A DNA stretch of 64,000 nt from Beijerinckiaceae bacterium. GTDB taxonomy: Bacteria > Pseudomonadota > Alphaproteobacteria > Rhizobiales > Beijerinckiaceae. Under the pieces are notes generated by a model, which worked only from the letters and a program-made list of their open reading frames with translations, had not been told where the DNA came from and did not search any database. Below are positions 40,341-49,099 of this stretch, one piece after another. Position 1 is the stretch's first letter. Each line of letters starts with the position of its first letter. The stretch is from positions 1,055-65,054 of the forward strand of contig DATAOB010000002.1 in NCBI GenBank assembly GCA_036265935.1, in the 5' to 3' direction. The position numbers and the translations under genes were made by a program.

Positions 40341-41237
40341 TCAAAGCCTCTCGATATCATGCGTGCCGAAGAGGCCGTAAGGTTTGACGACGAGGACCAG
40401 GAGCAGGATGACGAACGTTGCGACCTGCTTGTATTCGCCACCGATATAGAGGCTCGCCATCGCTTCGAGCCAGCCGATCAGCAGCCCGCCGACAAGCGCG
40501 CCGAGCAGGCTGTCCAATCCTCCCACAATCACGACCACAATGACCGACAAACCGATCGCACCCATCGCTGACGAAATTCCGGAAATCGAGCCGACGAGAA
40601 TGCCCGCTGCCGCCGCGGTGATCGCGCCGAGAATCCACGCGAACGAGAAGACGCCGGGCACGTTGATGCCGACGCTATAAGCGGCGGCCTGGTCGGCAGC
40701 AGTCGCGCGGAGCGCAATGCCGCCGCGCCAGAAGCGAAAGACGGTGATGAAGGCGGCCATGATCGCGGCCACGATGATGAAGCTCCAGCCATTCTTTGAG
40801 GCGAGAAAAGCTTCCGCGCTGCCGAGCGGAACGAAGAACGGCTGGTCGGGAAGAAAGGTGGGCAGCGAGCGCGGATCGGCCGTCCAGGCGATCTCGACCA
40901 GGCCGACCATGATGCTGGCCAAGCCGATTGTCACCATGAAAACCGAAATCGCGCTTTCGCCGATTAATCGGCGGAAAATGAAGCGCTCGAGGAATCCGCC
41001 GACCGTTCCCGCGGCAATCAACGCCAGGACGATCGCCGCCCAATTCGGCAGCGCCGCCTGCGCGGCGAGGCCGAAGAAGAAGTAGGCGCCCATCATCATG
41101 AATTCGCCGATGGCAAAATTGATGATGCGGGTGGCTTTATAGACCACGACAAAGCCGATGCCGGTCAGCGCGTAAAGGGCGCCAACGCAAAGTCCGGCGA
41201 GACTGAATTCAACGAAGTCGAGAATTGCCGGGCTCAT
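40341..41237 (-). CDS. branched-chain-type ABC transporter permease (LivH-like)
   Basis: Met70 of ORF 40341..41444 (MSPAILDFVEFSLAGLCVGALYALTGIGFVVVYKATRIINFAIGEF). ATGA overlap with the LivG-like stop. Confidence 0.87.
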   Translation of the reverse strand: MSPAILDFVEFSLAGLCVGALYALTGIGFVVVYKATRIINFAIGEFMMMGAYFFFGLAAQAALPNWAAIVLALIAAGTVGGFLERFIFRRLIGESAISVFMVTIGLASIMVGLVEIAWTADPRSLPTFLPDQPFFVPLGSAEAFLASKNGWSFIIVAAIMAAFITVFRFWRGGIALRATAADQAAAYSVGINVPGVFSFAWILGAITAAAAGILVGSISGISSAMGAIGLSVIVVVIVGGLDSLLGALVGGLLIGWLEAMASLYIGGEYKQVATFVILLLVLVVKPYGLFGTHDIERL

Positions 41238-42130
41238 AAAGCGGCGATCTCTGCCACCGCTTCGCGCACTTCGCTGCCGATCTCGCCGCTGCCGAGATAG
41301 GCTTTCGCAACCTCCTCGTTTCGTTGCACATCGGCGGGCAGACCGCGCGCGATGATCTCGCCGAAATTCAAAACGACGACGTGATCGGAAATATCCATGA
41401 CAAGACGCATGTCGTGCTCGACCATGAGGATGGTGACACCCCATTCTTCGCGGACGTCGAGGACGAAGCGCGCCATGTCCTCGGTCTCTTCGCGGTTCAT
41501 CCCGGCGACCGGCTCGTCAAGCATCAAAAGGCGCGGCTTCATCGCAAGCGCACGCGCCAGCTCGACGCGCTTCTGCAATCCGTATGGCAGCGCGCCGACC
41601 GGCGCATGTCTGATGTGGTCAATTTCAAGGAAATCGATGATGCGCTGTTCGATTTCGGCGCGCAGCTCCATTTCTTCACGCTGCGGACGACCGTAATAGA
41701 ACAACGCCTCGACAAGCGACGTGCGCAGATGCGCATGCCGCCCGAGCTTTATGTTGTCGAGAACGGTCAGCCCACGAAACAGCGCGATATTTTGAAAGGT
41801 GCGCGCCAGTCCGATCTTGGCGCGAGCCGGCGCTGATAGTCCGGTAATGTCGCGTCCTTCGAAAAAGACGCGCCCCGTCTGCGGCCGATAAAACCCGGAA
41901 ATCGCGTTGAACAGCGAGGTCTTGCCGGCGCCGTTCGGCCCGACCAGCGCGGTAATCGAACCGGACTCGACCTTTAATGTTACATTGCGCAGCGCCTTGA
42001 GGCCGCCGAAGGCGAGCGAGGTTTCGTCGACGCGCAATATCGGTCCGTCGGCACGCGCGTCCCCTTCGCTCTGCAAGCGGCAATCCTCCCCTCCGGCGAT
42101 TTCTGTGCTCGCCCAGCTCACGCCGATCAT
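41234..42130 (-). CDS. branched-chain-type ABC transporter ATP-binding protein (LivG-like)
   Basis: 298-aa ORF with Walker A GPNGAGKTSLFN, LPYGLQKRVELARAL, and LMLDEPVAG. Confidence 0.88.
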   Translation of the reverse strand: MIGVSWASTEIAGGEDCRLQSEGDARADGPILRVDETSLAFGGLKALRNVTLKVESGSITALVGPNGAGKTSLFNAISGFYRPQTGRVFFEGRDITGLSAPARAKIGLARTFQNIALFRGLTVLDNIKLGRHAHLRTSLVEALFYYGRPQREEMELRAEIEQRIIDFLEIDHIRHAPVGALPYGLQKRVELARALAMKPRLLMLDEPVAGMNREETEDMARFVLDVREEWGVTILMVEHDMRLVMDISDHVVVLNFGEIIARGLPADVQRNEEVAKAYLGSGEIGSEVREAVAEIAAL

Positions 42131-42168
42131 ACCGAGTTCGCGACGGGAGGCGACTCGGCTTCGGCGAG

Positions 42169-45100
42169 CTAATAGCGCCCCGCGGCGGAGGGGTCCTGAT
42201 CTGCCGTCGGTGCGCGGAACCGCGGTGCGAGGAGTCCCGGTGCGGGGGCGGGTTGTGCGCGAATCAACGGATTATCCGTTCCCACTGGCGCGACCGGGGT
42301 GGTTTCGGCGCGCCGGCGCGTGGCCTCCGCTTCCGCAGCAGCACGTCGCTGTGCGGCTTCGGCGGCGGCGCGGCGCCGCGCCGCTTCGGCTTCGGCCGCC
42401 GCGCGCCGCTCCTGCTCGATGCGCTCCTGTTCGGCGCGGCGCTCGCGCTCGATACGCTCTTGCTCGGCGCGTGCCAGTTCCGCCGCTTCGCGATCGCGCT
42501 CCTCCTGCCGCGTGCGCTCCCATTTGAGGCGGCGATTGAAAAAGGCGCGCTCTTTGATGTCGAACTCGAGCGCCTGAATGCGCGCGTCCTCGCGCTGCGC
42601 GGCACGCGCGGCGAGCGCCGCGACGAAAGCACTCGAATCGATGCGCCGCGCTGGCTGCGACAGGAGCCGCGTCCAGGCGACGGAAATCTGCGGCGGCGAA
42701 GCAGACCAACCGCGCGGCGGCACGGCAAGCGCGAGATCGGCCTGCAGGTTCAGCGCAAGGTTTCGGCTGTCGAAGGCCGGCTGTAAGCTGACGAGCGTCG
42801 GGCCAACTGGGTAGGCCGCGCGCGCCGACAGACGCAGCACGCCGCCGGCCAGCGCCGCATTGTAATAAAGCTCGGTGTTCGTCTTGAACGGCGCGTGGTC
42901 GAGCTCGCGTGACAGCGCCGCATCGACCTCCTTCGGCTCGACGCTGATCTTTTCGTCATCTGCAAGAGCAATGACGCGTGGCAGAGCGGTAGGGTCGAAG
43001 CCGTTTACGCGAATGTTGCCGAGGCCGATTTCACCGGCCCCGGCCAGGCCCGCGGCGAGGGCGGCTTCGCTCTTGCCGCTGGACGCAAATTCCAAGCTGC
43101 CGGTAAGCGAGGCGGCGAAGGCGGGTCTCTCGACCATAAGGTGATCCAACGCGAGACGGCCGGAAAACGCGACATTGTCCTCCTCGCGCCGCAGCGCCAA
43201 GCTGCCCTCGACGCGGCCCCCCGCCAGTCGCATCGACAGACGGTCGATGCCGAGCGCTCCGGGCGCCATTGTGAGACGAAGCGAGGCATCGGTGCCTGAC
43301 AGCGTGTCGCTGACATCGACGCGGGCCGCCTTCACGTTAAGTCCGATCCCCGGCGGATCGGCAAGCGGCTGCGCAAACGTCGCATCCGGCCAGACGGCCG
43401 CCGCTCGAACCGGCTGTTCTCGGCCAAGGATCGTCCAGGCCAGCGTTCCGAGCGGCAGGCGATCGAGCGCGAGCGAGCCGCCGATTGCTGCCGCGTCCGC
43501 CGAACGAACGAGCTGACCGGACACGGCGCTGCCGGCAATGGTCCCGGAGAGCGGCTCAAGCCGCCAATTCGCCGGCTTCCAATCGAGCCGCCCCGTAAGA
43601 TCGAGTGGCAGACGTGTGGTCAGATCGGGCGGTGTCAGAGCCAGAAGCTGCAAGAGAGGCACGACATCGCCGCTCGTCATTTTGAGGCCGCCGGAGAGGG
43701 TAGGCCCGTCCTCGTCGAGGCGGAGCGTACCGTCGAGATTCGCGGTTGTGCCGGCGAAGGCCGCGCTGAGGAAGCCTGCCCAGGCCGCGCCGAGCCGGCC
43801 ACGTCCCGTGGCAGCGAGACGCCCCTTCCCCAGCCCCCGTAAGGGCAGGACGCTCAAGCCGACCTGCCGCGCGAGTCCGGCAGCTTCCGGAGCTTCGAGG
43901 AGGATTGTGGCTTCCGACGCCTGCGGGTCGTCGGCCGCTTGTGCCAGCCGAAGAGAGGCACGCGTCGTGCCCAGGCTGCCGTCGATCGTCAGCATGTTGA
44001 ACCCGAACAAATCCGGCCGGCCTGGATCGCTCTCGCCCTGGAGCCGCAGATGTGCGGGCGACAACGCCGCCGCGCGGGATTGCAGGAAGCCGGCCGCAGA
44101 GCCCGGCGCCACACGCCCGACGAGGCCGGCGAGATCGCGGAGCTGCGTCGCGTCCACTCTGGCATCGAGTTTCGCTGTACCGTCGCGCCAGAGGCCGCTC
44201 GCCTCGATATTCGCACCGCCAAGATCGGCGACCGAGAGCCGCTCAAGGCGCGTTTCCGTCGCCTCGCGGGCGAATTTCGCCCGGATGCGGCCGGCATCGA
44301 CCGGCGTTGCGGCAAGCCCGCCAACCTTCACTGCCTTAGCATCCAGGGTGATCGACAGATCGAGGTTTGCGGCGCCTTTGGCGGCACCCGAAAGGTCCGG
44401 CAGCTTCTCGATATCAAGCGCCGGCGAGGTCAGATCGGCGAAGAGCCGCGCGCGTTCGGCGCCGAGCGCGCGGGTATAGGACAGCGTGCCGGCGAAGCTT
44501 GAGCGATCGAGTCTTGCCCGAAGATCGCGGATCAAAAAGCCCGCGGCAGAGAGTCCGGCCTCGCCGGCAACTTCAATCAACCTGAAGGGGAGCGCCCTCA
44601 GGTTTTCTGCCATGTCAGGCAGCATCGGCGAGAGCCAGCCGGCGAAACCCTCCGGATCGCGGCTTGCGAACTCCAATCTGCCGTTGAACCCCGGAGCGAC
44701 GCCCCGCTCGAAGACGCCGTCGATAGAGAAGCGGCTGCGCGCGGGTAGAGTCGCCGCAGCGGAAAGCGCCAGGGGCTTTTTTGGATCGAGCCGCAGCGCG
44801 GCGGAAGCTTCGCTCGCCGTGTCGCCGCCGAGTGTAATTGTATCCCCGTGCCAATCGATTGCGATCGGCAGAGGCGGCACTCCCTGCGACACGCTGGCGG
44901 CGCGCAAAAGCCCGCCGAGGTCATATTTCGCCTGCAGTCGATCGAAGTCGAGCTGGCGGGAGGTCAAGTCGATGTGGGCATCTGCGGAGTCGCCGAAATG
45001 CGCATCGGCTGCGCCGCTCGCGCTCAGCGCCGTCTCCTCGTCGCCGAGCCGCATATCCACGTTCGAGCCGTGTAGCCCCTGCGCATCGGCATTGCCGGAA

Positions 45101-45861
45101 GCGATCGCGCGCCAGGGCAGCGCCGCATCGCCGATACGGCCGCTGAACGTGGCGGTGCCTTCGAAACCGATTCGCCGCCGGCCTTCGATCGAGCGCGCCG
45201 TGAGCGCGCCATCGAGATCGGCATGGCTCACCTCGCCTCGCATGTCGAGCACGAGCTTCAGCCGCAGCCGGTCGGCCTCCATCATGCCAGTCGAAAAGCG
45301 GTACGTGAACGGCCGGCCGTCGCGGGTGAATTCGCCCTGGCCTTTCACGGGGCCAAGCAGGGTATCGGCGCTGCCGCTAAATGAAATGGCCGATATCGCG
45401 TTCCTCTCGTGCCCGTTCGTATCGTTAAGTGCGATCGTCCCGTTCCGCACGAGCAGCTTGTCCAGCTGGATCTTGTCCGCCCGCCCCGCCGCGACCACGG
45501 GCAGGGCAATCCCGCCTGTCGCGTCGACGTTTGCGGTCAGCCGCGGCGCGTCGAGATCCGCCACCAGAATCTGGAACTCGCCGCGAAGGAGCGGCACGAG
45601 TGACAGTTCGAACCGGGCGGCATCGCCGCTCAGGTGAAGCTCGGCGCCGCTGACCGCGAAGCGCTGCACGGAGAGGGTCGGCGTCGGCAGCAGCTTTATG
45701 TCGATCGGGCCGGCGATTTCGATTGGTACGCCAAGCGCTTGCGAGAGACGCGCTTCGATCGCCGCGCGATGAGCCGACCAATCGATGAAATACGGCACGC
45801 CGAGCGCCATCGTGAGCACCACGATGGTGATGATGGCGGTGATGGTGAGAATTTCGCGCAA
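42169..45861 (-). CDS. AsmA-family giant envelope protein (1230 aa) with a charged Ala/Arg/Glu repeat tail
   Basis: TTG start. N-terminal TM followed by an AsmA-like beginning (VPYFIDWSAHRAAIEARLSQALGVPIEIAGPIDIKLLPTPTLSVQRF). The body is long, beta-rich and Gly/Ala/Leu/Asp-rich. Confidence 0.7.
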   Translation of the reverse strand: MREILTITAIITIVVLTMALGVPYFIDWSAHRAAIEARLSQALGVPIEIAGPIDIKLLPTPTLSVQRFAVSGAELHLSGDAARFELSLVPLLRGEFQILVADLDAPRLTANVDATGGIALPVVAAGRADKIQLDKLLVRNGTIALNDTNGHERNAISAISFSGSADTLLGPVKGQGEFTRDGRPFTYRFSTGMMEADRLRLKLVLDMRGEVSHADLDGALTARSIEGRRRIGFEGTATFSGRIGDAALPWRAIASGNADAQGLHGSNVDMRLGDEETALSASGAADAHFGDSADAHIDLTSRQLDFDRLQAKYDLGGLLRAASVSQGVPPLPIAIDWHGDTITLGGDTASEASAALRLDPKKPLALSAAATLPARSRFSIDGVFERGVAPGFNGRLEFASRDPEGFAGWLSPMLPDMAENLRALPFRLIEVAGEAGLSAAGFLIRDLRARLDRSSFAGTLSYTRALGAERARLFADLTSPALDIEKLPDLSGAAKGAANLDLSITLDAKAVKVGGLAATPVDAGRIRAKFAREATETRLERLSVADLGGANIEASGLWRDGTAKLDARVDATQLRDLAGLVGRVAPGSAAGFLQSRAAALSPAHLRLQGESDPGRPDLFGFNMLTIDGSLGTTRASLRLAQAADDPQASEATILLEAPEAAGLARQVGLSVLPLRGLGKGRLAATGRGRLGAAWAGFLSAAFAGTTANLDGTLRLDEDGPTLSGGLKMTSGDVVPLLQLLALTPPDLTTRLPLDLTGRLDWKPANWRLEPLSGTIAGSAVSGQLVRSADAAAIGGSLALDRLPLGTLAWTILGREQPVRAAAVWPDATFAQPLADPPGIGLNVKAARVDVSDTLSGTDASLRLTMAPGALGIDRLSMRLAGGRVEGSLALRREEDNVAFSGRLALDHLMVERPAFAASLTGSLEFASSGKSEAALAAGLAGAGEIGLGNIRVNGFDPTALPRVIALADDEKISVEPKEVDAALSRELDHAPFKTNTELYYNAALAGGVLRLSARAAYPVGPTLVSLQPAFDSRNLALNLQADLALAVPPRGWSASPPQISVAWTRLLSQPARRIDSSAFVAALAARAAQREDARIQALEFDIKERAFFNRRLKWERTRQEERDREAAELARAEQERIERERRAEQERIEQERRAAAEAEAARRRAAAEAAQRRAAAEAEATRRRAETTPVAPVGTDNPLIRAQPAPAPGLLAPRFRAPTADQDPSAAGRY

Positions 45862-45942
45862 CGTAAGGAGAGCCGAGTCGGGACAATCCGTACTCTCAGT
45901 CTATGTCTTTTCCGTGCGCCGAGGCACGACCTGCCAGCCGCG

Positions 45943-47136
45943 CTATGCGGCGGCGCTCGATGCTGGCTCGGCTTCGAACGTTAATCCCGCATTATCGACG
46001 AGCCGCTTCACGAGTGCATCGCCCATGAGCGCGCCGGGCGTCCAGAAGCCGCCCTGCGCCGGCGCCTCGCGCGCCAGGCATAAAGCGGCTTCGGAGATCA
46101 TCTTCGAGGTCGAGCCATAGCCCGGATCGCGATCACCTTTCACGGCGAGGCGAAGCGCCTCTTTGCCCTGTCCTTCGGCAACGAACAGGATGTCGTAATA
46201 ACCGCTTTCCCTTTCCTCGCGGCTCGGTCCCTCGCCCGGTTTGGGTGCCTTACTGCCGGTGAGTGGGTTGAATTTGGCGATGGCCTCGGCCGCGGCTTTG
46301 CCGATATCGCCCAAGCCCGCCACCATCATCTCATCGTAGAGGAAATCCTTGCCGTAGGCGTGACCGCTGAGGAAATTCGTGCGGTGCACGTTTTTCGTGT
46401 TGATCGGCGCCATGATGAATGGCGCGACCCATGCCCCAATTGCCGCGTCCCAATAAGGCAACAGCGTGTTGGGTTGCGACGGTCCGATAAACCCGGGCGT
46501 CAGCGCAAAGGGATCGGCGAGCAGCTTTAATAGGCTCGGACGTTTTGCTGCCGCGGCGAGGGTCGCCTTCAGGCTCGCGGCAGTGCCGCCGGAAAAGGTG
46601 CCGCGCATCGCGCGAACGCGGCCTTTGATACGCGGCGCCGGCGCGCCCCAGGCTTCGCGGCAGCGCTTCTGCAGCTGTTGCACGCCGAGGTCGAATGGAA
46701 TCGAATCGAAGCCGCAGGAGAAGACGATGCGCGCGCCGCTCGCGCGTGCCGCCGCCTCATGCGCATCGATCATCTCGCGCATCCAGCCGGGCTCGCCGCA
46801 CAGATCGACGTAACCGGTGCCCCTCGCGACGCAGGCTTCGACAAGCGGCGTGCCGTAGAGCTGATAGGGGCCAACCGTGGTGATCACGACCTGAGTGCGC
46901 TCGGCCATCGTATGCAGCGCGGCGGGATCGGCCGCATCGGCGATGACAAGCGGCAAGTCGCTTCGTGCGTTGATAGAAGAGCGGATTTCCTGGAGCTTCG
47001 CCTGGCTGCGGCCAGCGAGGGCCCAGCGCGGCGCGTCTTCCGCTCGCGAGCGCCCGACCAGATATTCAGCGACGAGACGGCCTGTGAACCCTGTCGCACC
47101 ATAGACGATGATCTCGAACTCACGCTGCGATGCCAT
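45943..47136 (-). CDS. saccharopine dehydrogenase-like NAD(P)-binding protein
   Basis: 397-aa ORF with the N-terminal Rossmann fold EIIVYGATGFTGRLVAEYL. Overall length and pattern fit the saccharopine dehydrogenase family. Confidence 0.65.
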   Translation of the reverse strand: MASQREFEIIVYGATGFTGRLVAEYLVGRSRAEDAPRWALAGRSQAKLQEIRSSINARSDLPLVIADAADPAALHTMAERTQVVITTVGPYQLYGTPLVEACVARGTGYVDLCGEPGWMREMIDAHEAAARASGARIVFSCGFDSIPFDLGVQQLQKRCREAWGAPAPRIKGRVRAMRGTFSGGTAASLKATLAAAAKRPSLLKLLADPFALTPGFIGPSQPNTLLPYWDAAIGAWVAPFIMAPINTKNVHRTNFLSGHAYGKDFLYDEMMVAGLGDIGKAAAEAIAKFNPLTGSKAPKPGEGPSREERESGYYDILFVAEGQGKEALRLAVKGDRDPGYGSTSKMISEAALCLAREAPAQGGFWTPGALMGDALVKRLVDNAGLTFEAEPASSAAA

Positions 47137-47282
47137 GGCTCATCTCCTCGTCCAAAATAGTCCAGGTGCGGCGCAGAGTTTAGCGCACATCGGCGGACGG
47201 AAACCAACTGTCTCAGGTAGGGGCGTTGCCGCCGACGTTTCGCGCCGTAGATTACGCTTGCGGAATACGGGGAGCGACGCCG

Positions 47283-48065
47283 ATGAAGAAACAGGATGTT
47301 GCAAAGCAATACACGACCCCCATCGGAGCGCCGGCATTTGTGAAAGGGCCGCATCGCTTCACTGATCGCGAATACCTCAACATCACCTACCGCACCGATC
47401 GTGATGCGCTTGTCAGAATTGTGCCCGAGCCGCTGGAAGTCGACGAGCCCCTCGTCCGTTTCGAGGTGATGAAGATGCCGGACACGACCGGCTATGGCGC
47501 TTATGTGGAATGTGGCCAGGCGGCTGTCGTGCGCCATGGCAAGGAGCGCGGCGAATATCTTATCGGCATGTATCTTGACAATCTTCCGGCAATCGCCGCG
47601 GGTCGTGAGATCAGCGCGTTCCCGAAGAAACTCGGATCGGCCCGGCTCTGCATCGACTCCGATACGCTGGTCGGCACTCTCGACTACGGATCGCTGCGCG
47701 TCGCAACAGCGACGATGGGTTACAAACACAAACCTCTCGATCTCAAAGCGGCGCGCCAGGAAGTGGCAGTGCCGACCTTCATGCTGAAAATCTTGCCGGG
47801 ATATACGGGCGAGCCGCGGATATGCGAGCTCGTGCGCACCCAGATCAGCAATCTGACAATCAAGGGCGCATGGACGGGACCGGCCCGCCTGCAACTCTTC
47901 GAGCATGCGTTAGCACCGTTTGCGGACTTGCCGGTGCGAGAGATCGTCTCGGCAAGTCATATTCTCACCGATCTCACGCTCTCGCCGGCGGTTTTGGTCC
48001 ATGATTATCTCGCCGTTCAGGAGGAGACTGCCGCCGATATGACAGCGCTCGCGGAACTTCCATGA
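47283..48065 (+). CDS. adc: acetoacetate decarboxylase family protein
   Basis: Met20 of ORF 47226..48065. Motifs FVKGPHRFTDREYLNITYRTD, RFEVMKMPDTTGYGAYVECGQ, and REISAFPKKLG (the Schiff-base lysine region of ADC). Confidence 0.82.
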   Translation: MKKQDVAKQYTTPIGAPAFVKGPHRFTDREYLNITYRTDRDALVRIVPEPLEVDEPLVRFEVMKMPDTTGYGAYVECGQAAVVRHGKERGEYLIGMYLDNLPAIAAGREISAFPKKLGSARLCIDSDTLVGTLDYGSLRVATATMGYKHKPLDLKAARQEVAVPTFMLKILPGYTGEPRICELVRTQISNLTIKGAWTGPARLQLFEHALAPFADLPVREIVSASHILTDLTLSPAVLVHDYLAVQEETAADMTALAELP

Positions 48066-49039
48066 GCGACAATACTGAGGTGGATATCCTGAACCGCTAT
48101 TCGCGCGTGGCGGTGATCGGCGCCGGCGTTATCGGCGCATCGTGGACCGCCGTTTTTCTCGCACACGGGCTGAGCGTCGTCGTGAACGATCCCCGCAAGG
48201 ATGTCGAAGATTTCGTTGCCGATTACATAGGCAAAGCCGCTCCGACGTTGCGGGAATTCGGGCTGCCGACCGAGAATCTCAGTAAGAAACTCAGCTTCGA
48301 ACCCAATCTCGAACGTGCGGTGGGCGATGTCGACGTGGTGCAAGAGAATGGACCCGAGCGGATCGAATTTAAGCAGGATTTATGGGCGCGTATCGGCCGC
48401 GTGATTCCTTCACGAGCGCTGCTTCTCTCATCGAGCTCGGCGAAGACCGCGACCGAGCAGTCGCTCAAGATGGAAAACGCCAGCCGACTTTTGATCGGAC
48501 ACCCCTTCAATCCGCCGCACCTCATTCCACTAGTCGAGGTCGTGCCGGGGGAGCGCACCGATCCAAGCGCGGTGCAAGACGCTGTCGCCTTCTACAAAGC
48601 TTTGGACAAAGTCCCGCGCGTGCTTCGCAAGGAAATCCAGGGCTTTGTTGCCAACCGGCTGCAGCGCGCGATTTTCCGCGAATGCTGTCACCTCGTGCTC
48701 GAAGGCGTGGTCACCGTCGATGAGCTCGATGACATCGTCACCAGCTCCATCGGTCTGCGCTGGGCGGCCGACGGGCCTTTCCGCTCGTTTCATCTCGGCG
48801 GCGGCCCGGGCGGTTTCCCCGCCTTCTTTCGGCAATTTGCGCCGGGAATGGAGGCGGCGTGGAAGAGCCAGGCGCCTGTGGCGCTCGACGAAAAGGCGCA
48901 GAAGACGATCATTGCGCAGGCCGAGGCGTCCTTCGCGGCCGCCCCCGTCGAGCAACTGGAGGCGGAGCGAGATGCCAAGCAGCTCGCAATCCTTCGGGCG
49001 CTCGCATCGGTGAAGGAGCGAGGCGAAGCGGCTACCTGA
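48062..49039 (+). CDS. 3-hydroxyacyl-CoA dehydrogenase family protein (L-carnitine-dehydrogenase-like subgroup)
   Basis: 325-aa ORF with Rossmann fold VAVIGAGVIGASWTAVFLAHGLSV, plus HPFNPPHLIPLVEVV. ATGA overlap with the adc stop. Confidence 0.72.
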   Translation: MSDNTEVDILNRYSRVAVIGAGVIGASWTAVFLAHGLSVVVNDPRKDVEDFVADYIGKAAPTLREFGLPTENLSKKLSFEPNLERAVGDVDVVQENGPERIEFKQDLWARIGRVIPSRALLLSSSSAKTATEQSLKMENASRLLIGHPFNPPHLIPLVEVVPGERTDPSAVQDAVAFYKALDKVPRVLRKEIQGFVANRLQRAIFRECCHLVLEGVVTVDELDDIVTSSIGLRWAADGPFRSFHLGGGPGGFPAFFRQFAPGMEAAWKSQAPVALDEKAQKTIIAQAEASFAAAPVEQLEAERDAKQLAILRALASVKERGEAAT

Positions 49040-49099
49040 TCGAGGCGCGCAGAGCCATGTTGGATGCATAGATAAATCAACGAGACAAGAGAAACTTGA

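Noticed and set aside
26940-42130. A tRNA-Tyr-linked genomic island containing the catabolic block.
   Set aside because: There is no integrase, no IS or phage genes, and no direct repeat of the tRNA 3' end that I could find downstream. GC content looks like the rest of the chromosome. The short CGTTCGT repeats at 27036-27075 do not match the tRNA.
42290-42560. A repetitive GC-rich stretch that could be mistaken for a tandem-repeat or CRISPR-like array.
   Set aside because: The repeats are imperfect, in frame and lack spacers. They encode the charged tail of the AsmA-like protein, so this is coding low complexity.
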